Part shown: positions 49,527 to 60,311 of the stretch, piece after piece
Layout: each line of letters begins with the position of its first letter
How positions within the stretch are numbered: position 1 is the stretch's first letter
Source of the DNA: an uncultured bacterium
Lineage (GTDB): Bacteria; Patescibacteriota; Minisyncoccia; UBA6257; 2-01-FULL-56-20
Direction of reading: 5' to 3'
DNA: 64,000 nt
NCBI GenBank assembly: GCA_963807165.1
Contig: CAWDZM010000001.1
Span: forward strand, 32,214-96,213
The notes under the pieces: model-generated
What the model saw: the letters and a program-made list of their open reading frames with translations, nothing else
Told to the model about the DNA's origin: nothing
Database searches by the model: none
Program-made: the position numbers and the translations under genes

Positions 49527-50210
49527 ATGACCATTGCAATCATCGTGTTCGAGTTCATCGTTTTGCTTTTTTCCGCCGTCTTGCACGAAGTGGCGCACGG
49601 CTACGAGGCGGAGCGGCTAGGGGACGACACCGCGCGGCAGGCGGGACGGCTGACGTTGAATCCGCTAGCGCACTTGGATCCATTCATGTCGTTCATTATG
49701 CCGCTCATTTTATTCTTCACGACAGGATTCTTTTTTGCGGGCGCAAAGCCGGTGCCGTACAATCCGAACAATTTCAAAGATCCGCGCACGGGTGCGGTAA
49801 AGACCGCGCTTGCCGGCCCTGCCACGAATCTTCTGCTCGCGCTCGTGTTCGGAATCCTTAGCTTGCTCGTGCCGCTCGCGGGCTCGGTCAAGGACGCGCT
49901 CTTCGGCGCAATCGCGAATGGCAGTACGCCCGTCTTTACGACGCCGCTTGCCGGAATCTATTTCTTCTTTCTGATCATCGTCTATATTAACGTCCTGCTC
50001 GGCATCTTTAACCTCGTGCCGATCCCGCCGCTCGATGGTTCGAAACTGCTCTTTCTTGTTCTGCCACCGACGCCCGGCACGTATAAGTTTATGTACTTTA
50101 TGGAGCGGTGGGGGCTGATCCTCGTACTGATTTTTGTGTTCTTCGGATTCTCACTGATATTCCCCGTTATCACGTTTTTCTTCTCGCTCTTTACGGGCCG
50201 ATTTTTCTAA
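49527..50210 (+). CDS. Site-2 protease (M50)
   Basis: HEVAH, GRLTLNPL.H.DP, AGP..N, FNLVPIPPLDG. Confidence 0.92.
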   Translation: MTIAIIVFEFIVLLFSAVLHEVAHGYEAERLGDDTARQAGRLTLNPLAHLDPFMSFIMPLILFFTTGFFFAGAKPVPYNPNNFKDPRTGAVKTALAGPATNLLLALVFGILSLLVPLAGSVKDALFGAIANGSTPVFTTPLAGIYFFFLIIVYINVLLGIFNLVPIPPLDGSKLLFLVLPPTPGTYKFMYFMERWGLILVLIFVFFGFSLIFPVITFFFSLFTGRFF

Positions 50211-50227
50211 ATTGCTATAATAAAAAC

Positions 50228-50818
50228 ATGAGGAAAGGATTTACGCTCATAGAGTTATTGGTGGTCATTGCCATCATCGCCATTTTGGCCGTCGTCGTGA
50301 TCCTGACGTTAAATCCTGCAGAGCTGTTGCGCCAGTCGCGCGATTCACAGCGCATCTCGGATATTTCCACATTAAAGAACGCGATCGGATATTATATGAC
50401 GGACACCACAAGCCCCAATCTCGCTTCGTCATCGTTTGGATACGGTGCCTGCTATCTCTCGACGCTCTCCGGCAAAGGCACCGTGAGCTCAAGCTGTGGG
50501 GTTTTTGTGAGCACATATTCCACAGACGTGAGTACGACGAATGCGCTTTATCGTTTGAACAATTCCCAGGGATGGTTGCCGGTCAATTTCTCGCAGATCA
50601 CCTTTGGATCGCCGATCAGTTCGCTTCCGGTGGATCCCACCAACAACGCAAGTTATTATTATGCCTACGCGGCAACTACGACCGGCGGCAATCTCTATGA
50701 GATCGACGCATTCATCGAAAGCAAAAAATTCAACACCAGCGGCACGAATGATGTAGTGTCCACCGACGGTGGCGATAATACGAGTACGCTCGAAGGAGGC
50801 AGCAGGCTGACCCTTTGA
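50228..50818 (+). CDS. Type IV pilin-like protein
   Basis: KG/FTLIELLVVIAII prepilin motif, RD..R.SD, LPVDP. Confidence 0.9.
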   Translation: MRKGFTLIELLVVIAIIAILAVVVILTLNPAELLRQSRDSQRISDISTLKNAIGYYMTDTTSPNLASSSFGYGACYLSTLSGKGTVSSSCGVFVSTYSTDVSTTNALYRLNNSQGWLPVNFSQITFGSPISSLPVDPTNNASYYYAYAATTTGGNLYEIDAFIESKKFNTSGTNDVVSTDGGDNTSTLEGGSRLTL

Positions 50819-50860
50819 TGTTAAGAGTTTTTTACGCTATAACTAGAAGCGTCGCAGAAA

Positions 50861-50931
50861 GGGCCTTTAGCTTAGTGGTAGAGCAATCGGTTTGCATCCG
50901 ATAGATAGGGGTTCGATTCCCCTAAGGTCCA
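50861..50931 (+). tRNA. tRNA-Ala(TGC)
   Basis: G3:U70 pair, ATCGG-TTTGCAT-CCGAT arm. Confidence 0.92.
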
Positions 50932-50954
50932 CAGGATATCTTGCAGCTATTTAT

Positions 50955-50983
50955 TTGACATAAAACCATACGTCGCTTACAAT
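50955..50983 (+). promoter_or_regulatory. str operon promoter
   Basis: TTGACA-N17-TACAAT. Confidence 0.7.
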
Positions 50984-50998
50984 TCTCTGGTATTCGTT

Positions 50999-51415
50999 AT
51001 GCCTACTATCCGTCAACTCATCAAAAAGGGTCGCAAGCCGCTTGCCACGAAGAGCAAAGCGCCGGCTTTGGCGTACTATTTTAATTCGATCCATAACCGG
51101 CCGGTGGATTCCACGTCGCCGTTCAAGCGCGGTGTATGCGTGAAGGTGTTTACCCAGACGCCGAAGAAACCGAACTCCGCTATCCGTAAGGTCGCGCGCG
51201 TGCGCCTGACGAACGGCATGGAGGTCACGGCATATATTCCGGGCGAAGGGCACACCTTGCAGGAGCACTCGATCGTCATGTTGCGCGGCGGCCGCGTAAA
51301 AGATCTTCCGGGCGTTCGCTATCACATCGTTCGCGGCGTGCTCGATACCGTTGGCGTCGCCAACCGCAAGCAGCAGCGCTCAAAGTACGGCGCAAAGCGT
51401 GCGAAAGCAAAATAA
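50999..51415 (+). CDS. rpsL: 30S ribosomal protein S12
   Basis: [27 protein letters not shown]. Confidence 0.97.
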   Translation: MPTIRQLIKKGRKPLATKSKAPALAYYFNSIHNRPVDSTSPFKRGVCVKVFTQTPKKPNSAIRKVARVRLTNGMEVTAYIPGEGHTLQEHSIVMLRGGRVKDLPGVRYHIVRGVLDTVGVANRKQQRSKYGAKRAKAK

Positions 51416-51451
51416 AGCGCCGCAAATTTTATCAACATTTAATCTTCTCCC

Positions 51452-51921
51452 ATGCGTAAAAAGCGAGTATATAAAAAGTTTCATCAGCCCGGACGTCGTA
51501 CACGGCCGTGTTGAGCTTGGGCCGCTTTATTAATTACGTCATGAAGGATGGAAAGAAATCCACCGCCGAGAAGTTGGTCTATGCCGCATTCGATAAGATA
51601 AAGGAGGTCACGAAAGAGGAGCCGATGGTGGTGTTTGACCGCGCAATGGAGAACACGATGCCGTTGCTCGAAGTCGCTTCCAAGCGCGTTGGCGGTGCGA
51701 ACTATCAGGTGCCGCGCGAGGTTCGCCCCGAGCGCCGCTTCGTGCTCGCGCTCCGCTGGATCATCGGCGCCGCTCGCGCAAAGAAGGGCAAAGGCATGGC
51801 CGACAAGTTGGCCGACGAGATCATCGCCGCGTCCAAGAACGAAGGCAACGCGATCAAGAAGAAGCTCGACATGCATAGGATGGCCGAGGCGAACAGAGCT
51901 TTCGCACACTTCGCACGGTAA
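51452..51921 (+). CDS. rpsG: 30S ribosomal protein S7 (two apparent +1 indels near the 5' end)
   Basis: [35 protein letters not shown]; N-terminus restored by removing bases at CAGCCCGG and CTTGGGCC. Confidence 0.93.
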
Positions 51922-51925
51922 AGCC

Positions 51926-52252
51926 ATGGGACGCACCGGCAGGAGGATTTTAATCAGCCTCGCTTTAGGACTCGGATTGCTCCTAGTGGTCGTGTTCGTT
52001 TCTATTCAAGAAATATGGGCCTTTTATCCCTGTAATGCTTATTCAACCGTGTGTATTGCGGGATTGCAGAGCGTCGGATGGCCGCTTCATATTGAACTCT
52101 TATATTTCTCAACGCTTCCGAGTTTTTTCGGCGGTGCGATATGGATATTAGCGGCAGACCTTATATGCTATTCGGTAATATTTTTCTTAATAATCACAGG
52201 GATCAATCATCTCTTTAGTCGAAAACAAATTAACCCAGCTCAAACTCACTAA
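51926..52252 (+). CDS. Small membrane protein inserted between rpsG and fusA
   Basis: 108 aa, two TMs, GWP motif, AT-richer than flanks. Confidence 0.6.
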   Translation: MGRTGRRILISLALGLGLLLVVVFVSIQEIWAFYPCNAYSTVCIAGLQSVGWPLHIELLYFSTLPSFFGGAIWILAADLICYSVIFFLIITGINHLFSRKQINPAQTH

Positions 52253-52254
52253 AC

Positions 52255-54368
<2,114 letters not shown>

Positions 54369-54374
<6 letters not shown>

Positions 54375-54489
54375 CAAAAAGACCCATATACTTCGGGGAC
54401 GGCGTTCCAGCCTGCTGGCTGGCCGCCTTGGCTCTCAGCGCCTTCGCGCTTCCGAGACACCCCTCAGCACATGGGTCTTTTTGTTATCT
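54369..54489. repeat. fusA terminator: 19-bp inverted repeat enclosing a structured insert
   Basis: AGATAACAAAAAGACCCAT ... ATGGGTCTTTTTGTTATCT; insert homologous to the 35568-35652 insert. Confidence 0.75.
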
Positions 54490-54511
54490 TCAGATATTTG
54501 GGGAATAATTT

Positions 54512-54584
54512 GCCCTCGTGGTCCAATGGATAGGGCGTCTCGCTTCTAGCGAGTACGATGCGGGTTCAACTCCTGCCGAGGGCG
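54512..54584 (+). tRNA. tRNA-Arg(TCT)
   Basis: GCCCTCG acceptor, CTCG-CTTCTAG-CGAG arm, GGTTCAACTC. Confidence 0.9.
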
Positions 54585-54656
54585 CGGATTCTGAAAGTGA
54601 GTATAAAATATAAAGACGTCTATAAAAAATAGACGTCTTTATTATGTCCACCCTAC

Positions 54657-54944
54657 CTATCCGACTTTCTGGTTGCAAGAAGGCCGAAGCTCAAGAATTA
54701 ATTCTTTTTCTCGATTCGATGGATCTCCCGATATAACTTCGCCAACCCAATGCGTGGGTATCTCCCGAGTTATATACTGGTTATCTCCATTCAAGTGAGC
54801 CAGTAGTCGCGTGCGGATATCTCCCTTACCAACATAGACCCACCTTCCTTGCTTAAAGAGACCGTACACGCCATTTTGATTTAGGTTTAGCGCTTCAATA
54901 TCTTGACGGCTAAAAGCTCGTGGCGTTTGTTGAATAAATGACAT
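54657..54944 (-). CDS. Small GIY-YIG-like protein
   Basis: GVYGL....WVYVGK..IRTRL..H...E..LI..L.P.CN. Confidence 0.75.
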   Translation of the reverse strand: MSFIQQTPRAFSRQDIEALNLNQNGVYGLFKQGRWVYVGKGDIRTRLLAHLNGDNQYITREIPTHWVGEVISGDPSNREKELILELRPSCNQKVG

Positions 54945-55203
54945 ATATCTTTTTATGGTGAATATGATCGACCTTTTGTTATTCGTAGGTGTTACAATAA
55001 TTGATCTAATATTAGCCCCTTATTATTGTATGTCAAGCTTGTCAAGTGTTCAATAATGTTTATACTAAAAGATGAAGATTTGGCGCTAGTATGAAAGAAG
55101 TCTATTTTAATAAGGACTATAAGCATTTGGCGGAATATTAAAAAATGATAAAAACTAAATAGACAGACATATATTTCCCCCGTAAGATTACTATAAATAA
55201 AAA

Positions 55204-55986
55204 ATGCCAAGTTTCAACGATCTAAAATTGGAGGATTGGAAAAATTCAGAAATCTGGACCGATAGTCTCTGGATTATTTCTGAAAGAGATAAAAGCGGGA
55301 AACACGATGGGTTTTACCACGGGAATTTTGTCCCTCAAATTCCTCGTCAATTAATTTCTCGCTATACAAAGGAAAATGAAGTTGTATTTGATCCATTTGT
55401 AGGAAGTGGTACAACCGCTTACGAAGCCGAAGAGCTGGGTAGACATTTTATCGGGGTAGATATCCAATCCAAGTTGATTAAATATATTAGAGAGAAAGTT
55501 GATGACAAGAAGTTTTTTTCAGAATTGATTGTTGGTGATAGTTCAGATGAAAACATTATCTCTACGATTTCTGATATTTTAAAAAAGAAGAAGAAAAGAA
55601 GTATTCACTTTGCGATATTGCATCCACCGTATGCCAATATCATTAAATTTAGCAATAACAAAGCAGATTTATCCAACGCAAAATCATTAAAGGATTTTCT
55701 CGATAGATTTTCTCTAGTTGTTAAGAATACGGTTTCTTTATTAGAAAAAAATCGATATTTAGCGGTCGTTATTGGGGATAAATATCAACAAGGGCAGTGG
55801 GTTCCGCTCGGTTTTTACTGCTTAAATGAGGTGCAGAAGCAAGGATTAACTTTAAAGAGTATAATTATAAAGAATATGGAAGGGAATAGGGGGAAGCAAA
55901 ATAAGGAGGGCATCTGGCGCTATCGAGCGCTATCGAGCGATTACTATATTTTTAAGCACGAATATATTTTTATATTTAAGAATTAA
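55204..55986 (+). CDS. DNA methyltransferase (N4-C/N6-A amino type)
   Basis: GNFVPQIP, DPFVGSGTT, HPPY. Confidence 0.85.
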   Translation: MPSFNDLKLEDWKNSEIWTDSLWIISERDKSGKHDGFYHGNFVPQIPRQLISRYTKENEVVFDPFVGSGTTAYEAEELGRHFIGVDIQSKLIKYIREKVDDKKFFSELIVGDSSDENIISTISDILKKKKKRSIHFAILHPPYANIIKFSNNKADLSNAKSLKDFLDRFSLVVKNTVSLLEKNRYLAVVIGDKYQQGQWVPLGFYCLNEVQKQGLTLKSIIIKNMEGNRGKQNKEGIWRYRALSSDYYIFKHEYIFIFKN

Positions 55987-55990
55987 AGTC

Positions 55991-56896
55991 GTGAGCGATA
56001 TCAAGGATCAATTGTCGGTGGTACTAGCGAAAAAGATTTTTGGAAATTCCAAGGTTGCGTTGGAATATTTAAAGCGACTGAATACTATCAAGGAAATTAA
56101 TGGCATCACAAGTAGAACTCTTACGCGCGGAGTTCGTGTGGGGTTGGAGGTGCTGGGTATCAATGCAGATAAAGATATCTGGCAAATAGTTGTTGAAAGC
56201 TGGGACTATGAATCTAGCAAAAAGATTATTCGAGGTATATTTAAGGAGGGAAATAAGTATAGGGTGGGAGTGGAAGCGGATGTGGCGATGGGAATTCTTA
56301 TTAAAGAGTGGGAAGCGTTGAGTTTGGGTAAAATCGAATGGCCATTCTCTCAGGGGGATTTTGATGGCTTTGTTCAGGGAATTAATAATTCTAGTAATGA
56401 ACTTGGGGTAATTAAGGATGAAAAAGTAAAAGCGGCGGCGGTGAAATATCGAAGAATTAAAGAAATTAATACTGTCAGAAACGATTTTATAGAGACTTTG
56501 ATTTTTGAAAAAAATGAAAATATTATTCCGACTCTAAGCCATCGAAGGGGAGTCGACTTCTTTATCGACGGAGTTCCTTTTGACCAAAAAGTTGCAAAAA
56601 GTCCAACAAATCAATTTAAAGTAAAATTCGGTGATGATTGGAAAAATGAGGCAATAAAAAATCCAGCATTAGTTGCTGAATATTTATATAAATATCAAGA
56701 CGAGGGTCGTTTCGGTGCTGATCCGCGCTTGCTTGTCGTTTATTTAGATGAAGATATTTCCATACAAAAAATTAGAGAAATTTTAGGGAAGATTGACCTT
56801 AGTGATCCTATGGAAATTCAATTTGAATTTAGCCACGAAGTCGGAGGGGCCAAAAACTATAAAACAAAATGTTTTGTAATACTGCTTCATAATTAA
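55991..56896 (+). CDS. Probable type II restriction endonuclease
   Basis: Lies between two MTases; E...VDF.....FDQK PD-(D/E)XK-like core. Confidence 0.65.
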   Translation: MSDIKDQLSVVLAKKIFGNSKVALEYLKRLNTIKEINGITSRTLTRGVRVGLEVLGINADKDIWQIVVESWDYESSKKIIRGIFKEGNKYRVGVEADVAMGILIKEWEALSLGKIEWPFSQGDFDGFVQGINNSSNELGVIKDEKVKAAAVKYRRIKEINTVRNDFIETLIFEKNENIIPTLSHRRGVDFFIDGVPFDQKVAKSPTNQFKVKFGDDWKNEAIKNPALVAEYLYKYQDEGRFGADPRLLVVYLDEDISIQKIREILGKIDLSDPMEIQFEFSHEVGGAKNYKTKCFVILLHN

Positions 56897-56906
56897 CACA
56901 CAATAT

Positions 56907-57974
56907 ATGAACTATATCGGGAGTAAATTATCTCTACTAAATTTTTTAGAAACATCCATCGATTCTGTTACCAAGGGAGAGCAGAAGACATTTTTAGATC
57001 TTTTTGCTGGCACCGGTGCGGTTGGTCTCCATTTTAAAAAGAAGGGGTACAAAGTCTATGCTAACGATTTGCAATATTATAGCTTTGTTTTAAATCGCCA
57101 TTATATAGGTAATCATAAGGAAATGGAGTTTGAGGGATTAGCAAATATAATCCCAGGAATAACGAGTGCTAAAAAGAGCGATAAAAAAAATCTTGTGTGT
57201 GAGTATTTGGGTTCGATAAAAGGAACAAAAGGATTTATTTATAAGAACTATTGTCCGGGAGGCACGGTCAATAGTTCGGTCCAGAGATTATATTTTTCAG
57301 ATGAAAATGGAATGAAATGCGATTCAATCAGGCAGAAAATTGAACAATGGAAAAAGAAATTACAGATTACAGATAATGAATATTACTTTCTTCTCGCTTC
57401 ATTATTAGAATCGATCGATAAACATGCTAATACCGCATCGGTCTACGGTGCTTTTTTAAAAAAAATAAAGAAGTCGGCTCTTAGGCCAGTCGTTTTAAAG
57501 CCAGCGAATTTATTTATTAATGACCATGAACATAAAGTGTTTAATGAAAATATAAATACTTTGGTAAAAAAAGTAAGCGGAGATATTTTATATCTTGATC
57601 CGCCATATAACCAGAGACAATATGCGACCAATTATCATATACTTGAAACTATCGCAAGATACGATAATCCTAAAATTCACGGTAAGACAGGATTGAGAGA
57701 TTATAAATCTCAAAAGTCTTTATACTCTTCGCGTCCCCAGGTTAAAAAAGCTTTTAGAGAACTTATATCAAACGCAAAAGTTAAATATATCTTTTTGAGC
57801 TATAACAACGAAGGGTTAATGACTATGCAAGATATAAAAGAGATTATGGGCACGAGAGGGGAATATGGTTTCTTTGCTCAGAAATATGGGCGTTTTAAAG
57901 CCGATAAAGATTCAAACCGGGGATACAAAGATAATAAAACAACTGAATATCTCCACTATGTTGTTTGTAAATAA
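56907..57974 (+). CDS. DNA adenine methyltransferase, D12 class, M.NlaIII-like
   Basis: MNYIGSK, DLFAGTG, ANTASVYGAFLK, YLDPPYN.RQY, FLSYNNEGLM. Confidence 0.9.
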   Translation: MNYIGSKLSLLNFLETSIDSVTKGEQKTFLDLFAGTGAVGLHFKKKGYKVYANDLQYYSFVLNRHYIGNHKEMEFEGLANIIPGITSAKKSDKKNLVCEYLGSIKGTKGFIYKNYCPGGTVNSSVQRLYFSDENGMKCDSIRQKIEQWKKKLQITDNEYYFLLASLLESIDKHANTASVYGAFLKKIKKSALRPVVLKPANLFINDHEHKVFNENINTLVKKVSGDILYLDPPYNQRQYATNYHILETIARYDNPKIHGKTGLRDYKSQKSLYSSRPQVKKAFRELISNAKVKYIFLSYNNEGLMTMQDIKEIMGTRGEYGFFAQKYGRFKADKDSNRGYKDNKTTEYLHYVVCK

Positions 57975-58008
57975 AAAGAGTATCCTGGATCTGACTTTTT
58001 CCGCGCAC

Positions 58009-58036
58009 TTGATGTTGTAGGCGCTAGTAATATAAT
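58009..58036 (+). promoter_or_regulatory. Promoter of the yjzC-like unit
   Basis: TTGATG-N16-TATAAT; predicted start coincides with the 5' arm of the closing stem. Confidence 0.55.
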
Positions 58037-58196
58037 TTATTCGTTCCTTGAAAGCTGACGGGGATTGGCTTGGGCCCTTCTTTTATTCTTGGACTAAATC
58101 TCCTTTATCCCCCCTCGGTAGTCGCTTCTGGCGATTGCCGCGGGGGCTGGTATAAAGGTTGAACAGTCCCGAGTAATAAACTAATCCTAAGCGACC

Positions 58197-58373
58197 ATGG
58201 CTAAACCTATTGTTGTAAAGACGGGTGGTAAGGTTCCGGTTTCGGGGCAGTACCGTCCGTCAGGCGGGAAAACGGAGGGCACCTTCACAAAAGGTGAACG
58301 CGTTCCGCCGAACAACGTTGGCGTGCGTCAATCTTGGACTTTGGTCGACAAGACCAAACACAAGGGCGACTAA
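58197..58373 (+). CDS. YjzC-like small protein (58 aa)
   Basis: KTGGKVPVSGQY...E.T..KGERVPP...W.LVDKTKH; below ORF-track cutoff. Confidence 0.8.
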   Translation: MAKPIVVKTGGKVPVSGQYRPSGGKTEGTFTKGERVPPNNVGVRQSWTLVDKTKHKGD

Positions 58374-58460
58374 TCGCTAGCGTACCTCCTCGTCAGCTTT
58401 TAGGGAATATTTTATTTTTTCCACAGTCGTCTGTGCTACACTGATTCTACAACCGAATAG

Positions 58461-58565
58461 CCCATCAAGAGAGTGGAGATGCTAAGGGATCTGGCCCGAT
58501 GCTCCGCCCGCAACCGATCGACGATTCGACACGGTGCGAAATCCAACCCTTCACGGGGAAGATGC
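58461..58565 (+). ncRNA. SAM-I-type riboswitch aptamer
   Basis: CATCAAGAG...AGGGATCTGGCCCGATG...GCAACC...GGTGC.AAATCC...GAAGATG follows the S-box consensus. Confidence 0.8.
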
Positions 58566-58575
58566 TTCTTTATCT

Positions 58576-58603
58576 CAACTGCCGTGTAGGCGGTTGTTTT
58601 TTT
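58576..58603 (+). terminator. Terminator (riboswitch expression platform)
   Basis: CAACTGCC-GTGTA-GGCGGTTG-TTTTTTT. Confidence 0.75.
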
Positions 58604-58680
58604 GCTCTTTTGCCGGCTGGAGATTAAAACCTTATTAAAAGAGTTTTGACTTTGGTGCTGGGCGGGCGGACAATGATGCT

Positions 58681-59538
58681 ATGGCAAAGAAAAAAGCGAA
58701 GCAGAATACTCATCCAACGATCTTTGAAGAGAAAGAGGTTCGAAGGGTGTGGCGTAACGAAAAGTGGTATTTCTCTGTTTCTGACGTGGTGCAGGCGCTG
58801 ACCGATTCGAATGATGTGCGGCAGTATATAAAAAAGATGAGAACGCGTGATGCGGAGCTGTCTCGCAACTGGGGTACAATTTGTACCCTGGTTCAAATAA
58901 CCTCAAAAGATGGTAAAAAGCACGAGGAAAATATGTCGGATATTGAAGGCATCTTCCGTATCATTCAATCTATCCCTTCCCCGAAGGCCGAGCCATTTAA
59001 GCGTTGGCTTGCCAAAGTTGGCAAAGAAAGAATCGAGGAAATAGCGGATCCTGAGTTGGCGGTGACGCGGGCTAAAGAGATCTACGACAAAAAGGGATAT
59101 CCCAAAGATTGGGTTGATAAGCGCATGCGTGGCATTGCCGTTCGGAATACGCTTACCGACGAATGGAAATCGCGGGGAGCGTCGATGCGTTTTGAGTTTG
59201 CGATTTTAACCGACGAGATTTACAAGGCGGCGTTCGATAAAACCGCGAAAGAATACATGAAGCATAAGGGCTTGGATAAAAAAGCGGGTGATAATTTGCG
59301 CGACCATATGGGCGACATCGAATTGATCCTGACGATGCTTGGAGAAGCTACGACAACCAAGCTCAGCACGGAAAAGGATTCGCATGGATTGGAAGCGTTA
59401 AAGAAAGATGCACGCGTCGGGGGAAGCGTTGCCGGCAGGACTCGAAAAGATATCGAACAGCAAACGGGCAAAAAGGTAATTTCAAACGAAAATTTTAAGA
59501 ATAAGAAGCTTCTGAAAGGTAAAAAAATTCGCAAATAA
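58681..59538 (+). CDS. Bro-N domain protein (phage antirepressor-like)
   Basis: VRRVW..EKWYFSVSDVV..LTDS, RIIQSIPSPKAEPFK.WLA, NLRDHM. Confidence 0.9.
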   Translation: MAKKKAKQNTHPTIFEEKEVRRVWRNEKWYFSVSDVVQALTDSNDVRQYIKKMRTRDAELSRNWGTICTLVQITSKDGKKHEENMSDIEGIFRIIQSIPSPKAEPFKRWLAKVGKERIEEIADPELAVTRAKEIYDKKGYPKDWVDKRMRGIAVRNTLTDEWKSRGASMRFEFAILTDEIYKAAFDKTAKEYMKHKGLDKKAGDNLRDHMGDIELILTMLGEATTTKLSTEKDSHGLEALKKDARVGGSVAGRTRKDIEQQTGKKVISNENFKNKKLLKGKKIRK

Positions 59539-59539
59539 T

Positions 59540-59656
59540 ACTACGCATAAACTTCCCAAGAAGGTCTGTATCGTTTTTGAAGATACAATCGTTACCGCGT
59601 ACGAGATCAGCTATGTAAAGGAAACGAAATATCCAGATCTTAAACGAGTAAGATAA
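59540..59656 (+). pseudogene. 3' remnant of a small toxin-like gene
   Basis: Start-less frame ...VCIVFEDTIVTAYEISYVKETKYPDLKRVR ending 2 nt before the next gene. Confidence 0.4.
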
Positions 59657-59658
59657 CT

Positions 59659-60075
59659 ATGATGACAACCAATTTAAACAAAAAGAAAATACTGGATTTT
59701 ATCGCAAATTTCTCGGAAATTGCGAAGAAAAATCAATGGGTTTCCCATTACGATGCGGATAGCGATTCGTTGGCCATCCGGACACCGAAACTTTCCGAGG
59801 ACGCGCGCAAGCGTTATCTTAACGACGAATTTGCGTTTTATCTTGATAATCAGAGCGAGGTGGAGGGCATCTTCATTGAATATTTCGTGAGCAACTTTGT
59901 GGCGCATCACAAAGATTTTAAGGATGTGGCAAAAGATATCAAAGGACAGGAGTGGAAGGAGGGGGACGGCGTGATGACGCTCAATAAGACGGAAATGAAA
60001 AAGCTTATTCCGGAACTTCAAGAGGCGATCATCGAATCGATTATCCCGAATCGAAATTTACAGGAAGCGGTGTAG
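59659..60075 (+). CDS. Hypothetical protein, DUF2283-like
   Basis: YDADSDSL.I ... D....V.GI.IE. Confidence 0.55.
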   Translation: MMTTNLNKKKILDFIANFSEIAKKNQWVSHYDADSDSLAIRTPKLSEDARKRYLNDEFAFYLDNQSEVEGIFIEYFVSNFVAHHKDFKDVAKDIKGQEWKEGDGVMTLNKTEMKKLIPELQEAIIESIIPNRNLQEAV

Positions 60076-60093
60076 CGAACTTAAAACCCTCCT

Positions 60094-60291
60094 ATGAAAT
60101 TGATTAATCCCTTCGCGTTCCTTAAAAAGGACGAGATAAAAGAGCCCCGTAAGAAGGAAGGCTCATTTTCTGATTTTTTCCTCAATGCTTCAGAGGCGGA
60201 TAAAAAAGAGGTTATTACAAGAGCTGCAAAACAGGCGAACGAAGAACAGCGACGGACATTTTTGGAATCGAGCGTATCGGCAAAGCGCTAA
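60094..60291 (+). CDS. Small hypothetical protein
   Basis: FSDFF.NAS..DKK.V...A...AN.EQR. Confidence 0.65.
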   Translation: MKLINPFAFLKKDEIKEPRKKEGSFSDFFLNASEADKKEVITRAAKQANEEQRRTFLESSVSAKR

Positions 60292-60311
60292 ATAAAAAAA
60301 CACTACGCTTT

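Noticed and set aside
54610-54642. 14-bp inverted repeat as a mobile-element end
   Set aside because: Explained as a terminator between the convergent tRNA-Arg and GIY-YIG genes
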